Assembly: GCA_000182565.2 (NCBI GenBank)
Contig: KQ257469.1
Strand: one strand, 5' to 3'
Length of the DNA stretch: 64,000 bases
DNA from: Spizellomyces punctatus DAOM BR117
Taxonomy: Eukaryota
The translations under genes and the position numbers were made by a program. Position 1 is the stretch's first letter. Every line of letters begins with the position of its first letter. The notes beneath the pieces are model-generated. The model saw nothing but the letters and a program-made list of their open reading frames with translations. It did no database searches and was not told the origin of the DNA. Shown one piece after another: positions 53,512 through 64,000 of the stretch.

Positions 53512-55811
53512 ATGACGTTGACGGATCTCATTACATTTAACAAGAAGAAGGAAACTGAAGCACGCACTGACGTGGAGGTGGAAGGTGACTTTTAGCAGGC
53601 GTTTTCCAGCTCATCGTTGCTTTTGCTAACAAAGGGCATAGTGGTTGTGTCCGACGAGGAGAACCAGAATGCACCCTTGTACAAGCACCTTCCTCTTCGA
53701 GAACTCATCATCACATACCTTGGGTAATAAATACATTCTGCATATCCTTCCTTAATACTTTCAGCTCACACATTTTCCACAAGTCTGACAAGTATTCAAG
53801 CCGTGATATCTCTCGAACGGAACGCCTTCCGTCCCATCAGTCCCAACGTGGCGTCAGACTTTGACAGTCTGAATGATCTCTCTTGGCTGGCTACCACAAC
53901 CTTTGCAGTATGGCTTGCCATCGAACCCATATGGGGAAAACTATCGGATTTGTTTGGGAGGAAGCCGCCGTTCATGATTGCCATTGTTGTCTATGTGCTT
54001 GGATTGATACTCTGTAGTGTGAGTCCATCGTGGACCGCGTTCATTGTGCGTATATCGTTGCTGTCAGATTCAAATGGCAGACCGTGTTTCGACATACCAT
54101 CTTTTGTTTTGCAATTCAGATTTTCAGAGCTATTTCCAGTATTGGATCTGGGGGCATCAACAATGCTGTCAACATCATCATATCTGGTAAGTACATAAAA
54201 TACCCTAGAACCCAAAAGGTTATTTGAACGTGACAATGGTCCACTTGCTTTTACTTTAGATATTGTTCCCCTGCGTCACCGTGGAAAATATCAATCTTAC
54301 TACGAAGTAGTGTTCCTCGGTACCAACGTCCTCGGCCCTGTCATGGGCGCAGCATTTGCGAACAACGACAAATGGCGTGGCAATTTTTATGTCTCTGCAG
54401 CATGTGCCACGTTTGTAGGGATTCTCCTCGCCTGGAAATTAAAGTTACCCAGTGCCTTTCGAAGCAAAGAATCGAGTGTAGCTAGAAGAGTTTACGGTCG
54501 GTTGAGAAGAGTTGATTATATTGGGACATTGATGGTTTCGGTGGGAGCTTTTGCTGTTGCTTGTGGCCTTCAACTTGGGAATCGAAAGGAATTCGGATGG
54601 AGCTCCGGTTGGTCTACGCATTTGATCACTATGCCTAACATAGAAGACTAAAATTTCCTTAACTTTCAAGCCAACGTTATAGCTCTTCTCACCTGCGGTT
54701 CGCTGCTTTCAGCTTTATTTGTCGTATATGAATGGAAATACGCTCGTGAACCTCTTCTCCCTCTGCGCCTATTCCGTTATCGAAACGTTGCTGTTGCATT
54801 TTTATTGTCGTTTATCCTCATGATTGGAACAAGCGGGCACGAGCTGTACCAGACCACCTTCTATCAGGTATAATACTGACATTGCACCATTCGGGAAAAC
54901 GTTCCTAGACACTGACAAGTGTCACATGGTTGGACTAGAATATCGTTAACCTGACTCCCTTCAAAGTCGGGCTCATCGAATGGGCCGAAACCATTGGCCA
55001 GACCGTCGGTGGAATTGCGTTTGGGTGGGCCATGGCCTTAACGGGACGGTACCGGCCTTTTCTCTGGTTGAGCATCGCACTAGTGTGTTGCGGCGTTGGG
55101 ATGATGGTGCAGATAAACCCAGATATACCTCATGCTTTATTGGTTGTCCAACGAGCGATATTCGGGATTGGGTTTGGAGCTGTATCCCATGTATTGCTCA
55201 TTGCAGCGCAGGTTGCTGTTGAGCATGTTGGTCGGTTCTTGGCAATGCATTTGAATTTTTTTTTTTTGCATCAGACTAACTCAATACCGCTTATATTCTA
55301 GACATTGCCATCGTAACATCCATGTTCTTTTTCTTTCGCGCGTTGGGGGGTCTCCTCGGTAATGCAATGTATGGCGCATTGTACGATTTTTGGGTCACCC
55401 AAGCATTGCGGAACAGGGCGCCGCCGAATACACCCCAAAGCGCGATCGATGCTGCCAAAAACTCTCTGCGCGGTGGTCGGACTGGAGGTGGACGGTCTAG
55501 TCCAACCTTGGATCGATCCATCGTGGCGAATGCGTACGCTGACACCTCTAGACAGATTATGTGGACTGAATTTGGTATTCTGGTATTTGCGCTTCTCGCC
55601 TCTTTGACGATAGAGCATTTTCCTTTGCCAAAAACTTTGGTGAGTATTAAATTGGATTCGCATTGGGACGGAATGGTGATTGATGATCTCAATTGGGTTT
55701 CCATAATAGGGACGTCGTGGAGTAAAAAGTCATGAAGAGATATCTACTGAGACCCGCTGCGAAACGAAACCAGGATCCGAGGACGAAAGCGCGCCGCCCA
55801 AACCGGCATAG
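53512..55811 (+). CDS. 14-TM MFS (DHA2-type) efflux transporter
   Basis: DLSWLATT, PIWGKLSDLFGRKP, ISDIVPLRHRGKYQ, GPVMG, RRVDYIG, EPLLPLRLF, FFRALGG. Confidence 0.9.
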
Positions 55812-56084
55812 TCCATTCTGTGTCCAGCTAGTTTCTGCAATTTTAAGAAAGCCAATGTTATGTTGCTATCACTCCCGTTCCATATGAAATGTTCACAAAA
55901 TACCATAGATTGTATTTTAGCACCAAATTCAACTAAATTTTCGACGAAAGTCCAGCAAGTTTGGTTCGAACATGAACTCGGACAGTTCAAGATGGGCAAG
56001 TTCACGATATTTAGCCAAACAGATATGTGTATGTACTATCTCAAATCCGAGTCCTTTAACCAAGTATCTACCTAATATTTATAC

Positions 56085-56108
56085 AAAAAAAAAAAAAAAA
56101 AAAAAAAA
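56085..56108 (+). repeat. Poly(A)24 tract between convergent genes
   Basis: Direct observation. Confidence 0.9.
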
Positions 56109-56131
56109 TAGAGAAACCCTTCACTATTGTC

Positions 56132-56727
56132 CTATTTCGCAAACAAGTACCGAGCAGCGTACTCTTTTCTGTATTCCTTTCCATCAGCCTCCCAATGACA
56201 CCACTCATTAGGTGGTGCAACACCACCTTCAGTATCAATCCTTGCAACAAAGTTGATTTCGCTCATTTTGCCAGACTGGGACGACCAGGCTTTTTGGGTC
56301 ATGACCCAAGGAATGTTTTCGGTCGGTCCATGGGGTGAGGGAATGGGGATGACGGCTTTGGTAGCAATGAAGCTAGAGTCAGAGTGGAGTTGCCAATGTG
56401 GGACGGCTAAATGTAAACTAGATGAGTACATTGTGCTCACAAAGACAAAACTAGAGAAACACAAAAAAAAGAAAGAAAATACTCACCATCAACGAAAAAA
56501 TGTCTGCCAACTTCGTTTCCGTGTTGATCCCACAATGGGGCATCCGCACCCAACAAGAGCCACTTGCCCTGCGATGCATCGCAAATGTAATTTTGGGTAC
56601 CGCGGGCGAATAAATTCAATTCAGGCTGAGATGGGGGTGTAACAGTTTTTGGACGAGGCCAGGGTGCTGCCGAAGCAAGGAGTGGTGCGGCGAGGAGGAC
56701 AAGGATTTTTGTAATTGTCAAGGTCAT
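56132..56727 (-). CDS. Secreted DUF3455-family protein (2 exons)
   Basis: Signal peptide MTLTITKILVLLAAPLLASA, ARGTQNYIC, VGRHFF, NIPW, VARIDTEGGVAP, EYAARYLF. Confidence 0.8.
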
Positions 56728-57474
56728 TCTTGATTTCGATATGGGATGATATGTGTTGGAATGTCGTACGAAAGAATGGTATGCCACTAGGTAGTTTCTT
56801 GTCACTATTCAGTTGGAATGTGTTCTGTTGATGTTAGGAAGGCAGATGCTGGCAAGCCCTCCTTTTTAAATCCCTGCATTCTGGCTGGAGAGAAAGTCAT
56901 CGCAAAAAGCCCACTCTCCGGCCCTCACAGCCTCTCTACGGTAAATAGACGCACAAGTACGGTTCATGCTTGAACAAAATTGTTGGGTGAAAGGACATGC
57001 CCCCTCTTACCCCTCTCCAGCCAAAGTTGAACAAAATGCAAAAGTCAACGGCTCTTGTCGACCCCGATAGCCGGTGAACCATTTTTTTTCGGCCAGCTTC
57101 CGACCGCGGATAAGTGGCGAAGTAGCACCGCGCGACGCGACGCGCGACTCAGCCCAGTCTTTATTTAAACTTTGCTGGTAAATGGCTAGTCCAAGCAACC
57201 GGACGCTAGAAGCTCGTAATATAGATGGACATTAGCACTTGCGGATCTTTACCACCCAACCTAATGGTGCATTGACCAGAGTTGTCGAAATGGTGATGAA
57301 GTATTAAAAAGTCCATGCAAAGAGAACAGGAAAAGTAGAAAGCAAGAATTTTTGTATTTACATCATCTTACAGCGCAAAAAATAGCAAGCAATGACAAAC
57401 TGATATATGTTTCCCTATCATCAACACCACCATGCCCTGACAAAGGCGACTGGTATATATGCCCGGTCTACACC

Positions 57475-60317
57475 CTACTTCCTCCTTGAGCCAGGCTCGG
57501 CTTCCGCAGCACCAGGCACTTGGTGATGAGAGTCATGTGAAATATGGTCGCGATGGAATATCTTGTCAACTCCACTTTCAATTTTAGTCTTTACTTTCTC
57601 CATGATCGAAGCATGATGCTTCGATTTCGTGTCATTGGTCGACAAATTGGTCGTTGAACTCTCCTTTGAGCGAGGACGGGGAACAGGTTCAGCACGTTGA
57701 TCCTCAAAGGTCGACTGAGGTGTCTGTTCTTGATCCAGTTCGGACAACCGCTCTTTCAAAGATCCACCGGGGGGAATGGAGCGGGTCGAAGCGTCATCGC
57801 GGGGTGGTTTAGAGAGGTCAGAAGGAGTTAGGTCTGAAGGGAGGACACTGCCTTTTGGAGTGTAAGAAGAGAGGATGTCCAATGTGGCATTACTCGGGGT
57901 AGAGTCCGCAAGAGCATATTCGGTCGCTAGAGGGGCGTCGAGCCCGAGTTCTGATTCCGGGACTGGGGCATCCACGCAAGTAATAGCAGTAATCTCAGTC
58001 ACTTCTGTCAACGGAATGTCGTCATCAGCAGGAGACTCAATTTCTGAGGGTGTGGTACCACGTAGCGCATTATCAATGGCTGCCTGTTGAGCTGGGGTAC
58101 GCTGATCGTATGGAACAGCCAACGCAGAGATCGCAGAGTCGGTAGATAGACCGATTTCGGACCGGGTAGGAGCGGATGAACCATATGCACCGGCAATACC
58201 CGCTGGAGAACCGAGGTGGCCTTCAGAGGTGATGGGAGTAGTGGATTGAGTGGGTCCACTGGTTACATCGCGAGCCTTCTCGGCAGTGGTGTTGGCAGCG
58301 CTCTTGGCATATTCGGTAGCTGCTCCGGTGGTAGCAGCTGCTTTGTCGTAGGTAGCAGACGCAGCGTTCTTGGCGGTCTCTGTAGCAGCCTTGGTAGTAG
58401 AAGCAGCTGTGTTGTAGGTCGCAGCTGCAGCATTCTTCGCAGTGTCCGTCACAGCCTGAGTGGTAGAGGCAGCGGTGTTGTAGGTTGCAGCTGCAGCATT
58501 CTTCGCAGTGTCCGTCACAGCCTTGGTCGTAACCGCGGCCTTATCGTAAGTAGCGGAGGCGACGTCCTTGGCAGTGTCCGTAGCAGCCTTGGTGGTAGAG
58601 GCGGCCGTGTTGTAGGTTGCAGCTGCAGCATTCTTCGCTGTGTCCGTTACAGCCTTGGTCGTATCAGCTGCCTTATTATAAGTAGCAGCGGCAGCATCGA
58701 CAGCTACGTGACCAGCAGTCTTTGCAGCCTGAGCAGCCGTGTTCCCAGCACTGGCAGCAACATCACGAGTTGCAGCGGCTGCCTGCGCCGTCTTATCGTA
58801 AGCGACGTGGGCAGTGTCACCCGCAATCGTACCAGCAGCGTAGACAGTCTCCGCAGCACGATCATAAGCCTGCGCAGTAGCAGCGGTGGTAGCTTGCACA
58901 GGTTGAGATTGAACGATCGTATCGGCGGCATTCTTGGCGGCAGCGACGGCCTGGTCCTTCTTTTCCACCACAGCTTCTGTGGTCTGGTTGTAAATCTCAC
59001 CAGCCTTGTTCTCAATGTCGCGGGCTCGCTGTTCGCCACGTTCTTTGGCAGTGCTCTCGTGAGCAGGCTGGACGTAGAGGGTTTCGCCCACGTCTCCCTT
59101 TGGCTTCCATTCAAAATCGGAAACCACTTGAGACTCTTTTGATCCGCCGAGTGCCATCGAGGCTGCGTGAGTAGCCATGCTTGTGGCAGCAGCGACAGTG
59201 CCTGCTACGGAGCCAATGACAGTTCCGGTCACCGAGCCAACTTTGGAAAGAACCGACGTTGTCGCTTCCTTTGGGTTTTCTTTCGCGTACTGTACTGATT
59301 CCTGCGCGGACTGTTTAACGCCTTGCGCGGTGCCTTGAATAGAGTTACCAAGATTCGTTGCCTTTTCCGCTGCAGCTCCCTTAATGTCTTGTGCCGTACT
59401 CTGGATGGAGGTACCGAGATTTTGCGCCCCGGCTTCAGTGGACAGTTTTGCGCTTTCAGCAGTTTCCTTGGCAGACTCTTTTACGCTCTCGGCAGTAGCT
59501 TCCGTCGACTGCTTGGCACCGGTCGCCTTGTCCGCCACGTAATTTTCGGCATTTTCGACGGATTCACTCACTTGCTCGGTAGTACCGGCTCCAAAGACCT
59601 TGTTGGTCGCTGCTGTTGCTGCATTCTTGGCCATACCAGCAGCGGTTGCCAATGTTCCTGCTACAGTTCCTGCAATGCTACCCGCAGTCGCACCTGCAGA
59701 TTTTGCGCCGGATACGACATCTGGTGCACCTGTGGATGGACTGGCAGCTGATAGCTCGGCTTCGTCTACTGTCCGCGTCTTCAAGGTGGTGCCAGCAGGA
59801 ACCTCGACAATTACCACTCCGCGCTGAGGAGCTTCAGTAGTTGCTGGAGTCACTTCTGCGGAGGGAGCTGTGGCTGCATTGACGGCTTGAGAGACTGCAC
59901 TGCCGGTTGCGCGCGCGCCTGATGCTAGTGTGCTTCCAAGAGATGCTGCAACTTCTTTGGCTTTTGGAATGGCTCCAGATCGATTCACGGCGTCAGTGAC
60001 TGATTGTGCGGTGCTCTTGACTGTGTCGACGAGGGAGGTTTGGGCTGCTTCGGTTTGTGCGTCGCGTACTGGACAACGTGACAATAGTGAGCTTTTAATT
60101 TCAAATGGTAAAAACAATGCATTCGTATGTTACATCACTACGTACCAGGAACGGGTCTTGGAATTTCTTGCTCGCCTACTCCTGTAACGATGGGACGAGA
60201 AGATAGAGAATCTGCACCGAGAAAGACATCACCAGCGCTGGATGTGTTGACAACATCTACTTCGCCAGGTTCCGAGGCCGAAGGACGCAGAGAAAGAGAC
60301 TCGGTGTTTGCAGACAT
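57475..60317 (-). CDS. Large Ala/Thr-rich LEA(group 3)-like repeat protein (2 exons)
   Basis: Exon 1 MSANTESLSL...; long exon with 11/22-aa amphipathic repeats such as AKNAAAATYNTAASTTKAVTDT. Confidence 0.75.
58310..58690 (-). repeat. Coding tandem repeat, 66-bp unit, about 5-6 copies
   Basis: GCAGCTGCAGCATTCTTCGC recurs at about 58421, 58487 and 58619 (66-bp periodicity). Confidence 0.9.
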
Positions 60318-61752
60318 TTTACTAATATACGTGGGGTGGGGTATTTGATTTGATGTGAAAAGGATGAATGAGTCGTGTGTTCAAAAGAGTTGAGTATGGA
60401 TTCGATATCGTTGGTGCCTTGTAATAGAGATGTTACAAGGTTCTACTAGTGTTGGTTGAGTCCCAAGAGAGGATAGTTGTGTGTGTCAAAGTGTGTTAAA
60501 AGTCTAAAGGTGTTGTTAAAGGGAAAAGGAAGGGCCAGCAATCATTCCTTTTTATGCATGTCCCCAAACAGTAGTCTTCTTTCCTACGTATTCCCCCAAC
60601 CCTCAAGAAATGACGTAGGATGATGACAACACACTGCCCTTTTTTTCAAATAGTGGCTTTTCTCTTTAACGACTGGCCCTAAAGAATGCAACTCATTATT
60701 TGGTTTTTTTTGACCATAGCCTCGTTTCCCCCTCCTTGTCTTTCAATTGCAGTAAACTGTTTTTGATGTCATTTTGAACACTTTGTTCGACCAGCCTCCT
60801 CGATGCGTTCGGACAAGCAAGTGATGACATGCACGGTGATGACGTCAATAGAATGGGGGCAGACGCGCGCGTGTTTTTCGTTCGTCATTTCCTTCTCATG
60901 TGCTTGTGTTTTATTCGCTTTTAACGAATGGTTTTGGTTTGCAACAAGAGCGAGCAGATGGCGATATAGATGCCATATCGTTTTGTAGATGCTTTTATTG
61001 TAATTGAGTTATTATCATTTTCAGTAGGCAAGACCATCCTGCTTATAAGTCTTTCGTCTGTTGCTGTTCCTCATTGCGTACCGTCTCGACCTTGTCACTT
61101 TCCTTAACGCATCCTTGGGTCTCCGTCCTTTGGTCTCAAAATGACAGACATGGTTGCAAGGAAGCCAATCTTACAATACAATAGAATAACTCGGCGTGAC
61201 CTGGAAAACACATCACCGCGCACGTGACCAGGATGCGTGTTACCAGTTTCTTACTTGCTTTTAACAATGCAACCACCAAAAACAAAGACCAAAGCTTGAA
61301 TTATATAAGATATACTTACCTGAGTGGGTGAGAGATGTGCTACGACAAGCAAGTTACGCACAGTAATGCGATAATGCATTTATGTACTCGGCATGCGTGA
61401 AGGACTGAATGAAATGTAATATAATTTACGATATGGTGCAATCAAAGACGTTTTACCGCATAAATGCATAATATAAAATATAGAGAAGCGCTTCCATAGG
61501 ATATAAGGAACACTACGATGTATCTTATGTATTTCCTAGCCTTCTGCCAAGGGCGTTGTGTGCACGCCTTCCCAAACACTCAACGATGCGTTACGTAAGT
61601 GCTATGCTAACACGTGAGCGGCGCAAGCGCGCTGTGCACACTATAAAACTGGATTTTCCCACACGCCATCTTGGGTTCATCTCTCGAGTCCAGTGTTCCG
61701 CAACGCAGATACATCCCGTGGTATACCCTTGTATCCTTTAACAAGAACAGAA

Positions 61753-62689
61753 ATGAGTTCCAGAGAGCGCAGGACGACTCTGTTTGTTAGAGGGTTCGGC
61801 CCGAATGTCCGTGCGCGTGATCTCGCGTATGAATTTGAAAGGTGAGCTTCCACAAAAGAAGGCTAGCAAAGTTGCAAGTTGGGAAAATGAGCACCGACTG
61901 TTTGGTGACGACGGGTCAGAAAACAGTCCAAACATAATATAAACGTTCTCGACCGACGCGTGGTACCCGCGAGAGAACCTCGCTCGCTTGGCAGTCGTCC
62001 AAATATCCTCGTGCCCCGAACATCATGACCGTTATCCTTCATAAAATGTTTCGAGAAACACTTCGGCCCGGACTGGACGAAACCTTTCCTCCGTTTTAGG
62101 TTCGGCAGGCTGGTTCGTTGCGATATTCCTGCTCCCAAGTCAGCTAGGAGTCTGCCATTTGCGTTTGTCGAGTTTGAGGATTATCGCGATGCAGACGATG
62201 CTTACAATAGCATGCATGGAAAGATGATTGATGGTGATCGAATTGATGTTGAGGTGCGTGTCTCTACGCACGTTCTGTGCTTATTTTGCTATTGCTTCGT
62301 TTTATTGATTGTGATTTCGTATCCAGTTTGCAAGGAATCGACCCCTAACTACATGGCGGTACGAAGGGCGTGCTCGTTCCCGCTCACGCAGTCCCCCTCG
62401 GAAACGTTCTCGCACTCCACCTCGTAGGCGGTCCCGTACTCCGCCGAAGCGCAAACGATCTCCGTCGCCTCGCAGGCGGTCCCCCTTGCGCAATTACAAA
62501 GAAAGATCGCCGCCACGCACGAGGCATGGGTCCCCTCGCCATCAAAGCTCATCCCCGCCCAATTGGGCCGATAGCAGTGCCTGGAGTGACAAAGCTACCA
62601 AGGACGAGGACAACAATCTTGCTGGTGGATGGGGCTCCCCCGGTGGCGAACACCCGCGTACTCCTCCACCGGAAAGTGGGGGCTGGTAG
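61753..62689 (+). CDS. SR-family splicing factor (RRM plus RS domain), Srp1-like, 3 exons
   Basis: TLFVRGF...RARDLAYEFER / FGRLVRCDIPAP...FAFVEFED.RDADDA...GDRIDVE / RSRSRSPPRKRSRTPP. Confidence 0.92.
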
Positions 62690-64000
62690 CCGGTTGTGGA
62701 TACGAGTCCAGGCTGTCAGTCATATACTCATGCGATGGAATATGACCGCAGTTTAGCATTGCTATTTATCATGGTTTGTAATCTACTCACGGCGTGATTC
62801 CGGTTGGTGTTGTGTTGGTATCCTTTTACTGGTAGCAATCATGTGACGTGGGTTAACTGGGGGCACGTATGAAGAGCGAATTATCATGTGGGCTACTGGA
62901 AGGCGCTGTGAATGTGGTCTATTAGCGAAAAAAGTCGTGCGTGATTGGTCCGCTGGTTATTAATTGCATTTATCGATACAATATATGTCTTGGTTTTCCT
63001 CGTGCAAATGTTTGCCCTTTTCTTACAGATAGTGACTTGGTGTTCCTTGGAGCTGTTTTTTGGGGAGCTTTGAAATGTCGACGTGTTCTGATTACGTAAC
63101 GCGTCGTGTCATCAATTTGACGTAAGGAGAAGTGATTTCCGAATCTCACCTGGTTTCGTTTTTCAGTTTCCATTTGTGTGAACCTTCAAACTCCCCGTCA
63201 ACTTGCTCTTTTAAGTTTTTAAAAAAGATCAAAACAAGATGATGTGTTTTGGTTTCCTCCAAGAGCCAAAGAGATCGATTGACCGAAAGTCCGACCAGGA
63301 CACTTCCACTTATTAGGAATTTGCGTAATGGGCAATTACTAACATTACATGCTGCGCAGGAAGGAATGCCATCCGATTTCCTGGCAACGGACCTGATGGA
63401 AGGCAGCAGGGAACCCGCATGACTCGCATGACGGCATTAGGATTTCTCATGTTCTTTTGGAAAGACTCCACGTTTTTGTCAGGAATATGACACACAATGA
63501 TGAGATTTCTGGTTTCGTCATGTGTTTTTTTCCCAATGGAGAGAATATATGGAGAAACGAGCAAGCATAAAAAGGGGGGCCTGGACAGGTCTTCCATCCA
63601 TCGCCAGACTCCCAATTTCGAACAGATAACATCTGACAACTTTAAACCTTCATTGCTCCTTTCTTACGTGGTTGTTCCCGCCAACCAGCATTTTCTACAC
63701 CTCCTTTCACCTTGATCCCGCGCATCCACATTTAACGTCTCCCAAACCACAACGTCCTAGCTACCTATAACCTATTCATAAAAATGTAAGTCGCCTTGCT
63801 GAGACCACTCACCGAAAAACACCACTCACTCACACCATGTTCATCACATAGGGCCGTCTTTACTTCCTACCGCAAACAAATGTGGTCAGCTGTCTACACC
63901 CTCTTCTGCCTATGGGGTGTAGCATGGCTCATCGCCTACTTGTTCCGCTCACTCGTGTCAAACCGGAAAGGAACGGGCACCGCTGGAACGTTGGGCCAAA

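Noticed and set aside
58310-58690. CRISPR-like periodic repeat
   Set aside because: The units are in-frame coding repeats without unique spacers, in a eukaryotic gene.
61312-61322. ATACTTACCTG, identical to the 5' end of U1 snRNA
   Set aside because: The downstream sequence lacks the U1 loop I (GATCACGAAG-like), loop II (ATTGCAC) and a clear Sm site. It is more likely a minus-strand splice-donor-like sequence or chance.
63000-64000. Short ORFs at the right end
   Set aside because: No coherent spliced frame or motif could be assembled.

Overview
Gene-dense eukaryotic DNA with short (about 55-90 nt) GT-AG introns. It is fungal, and probably a zoosporic (chytrid-type) lineage; that is an inference from the ciliary kinase MOK and from protein and intron style. 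Most of the window is housekeeping genes: SNIP1/Pml1, a BTB protein, kynurenine 3-monooxygenase, MVD1, an amino-acid transporter, OCT1, a PDR ABC transporter, MOK, PP2C, an SLC25A44-like carrier, a Ras-GEF, an F-box protein, two C2H2 proteins, a DUF3455 protein, a LEA-like protein and an SR protein. Two accessory regions stand out. (1) About 42-56 kb is a putative dityrosine/isocyanide gene cluster. A full-length Dit1-type isocyanide synthase is spliced in frame to a Dtr1-like MFS exporter, giving a predicted fusion of about 1,030 aa. Beside it are a Dit2/CYP56-like P450, an ACC-synthase-like PLP enzyme and two 14-TM MFS pumps, one with a Met-rich, possibly Cu(I)-binding loop. (2) About 14.1-16.5 kb is a small island with an intron-containing DUF86/HepT-like HEPN ribonuclease candidate and a decayed ubiquitin-protease fragment. 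All exon structures and family calls come from manual translation and recalled motifs, not from database searches.
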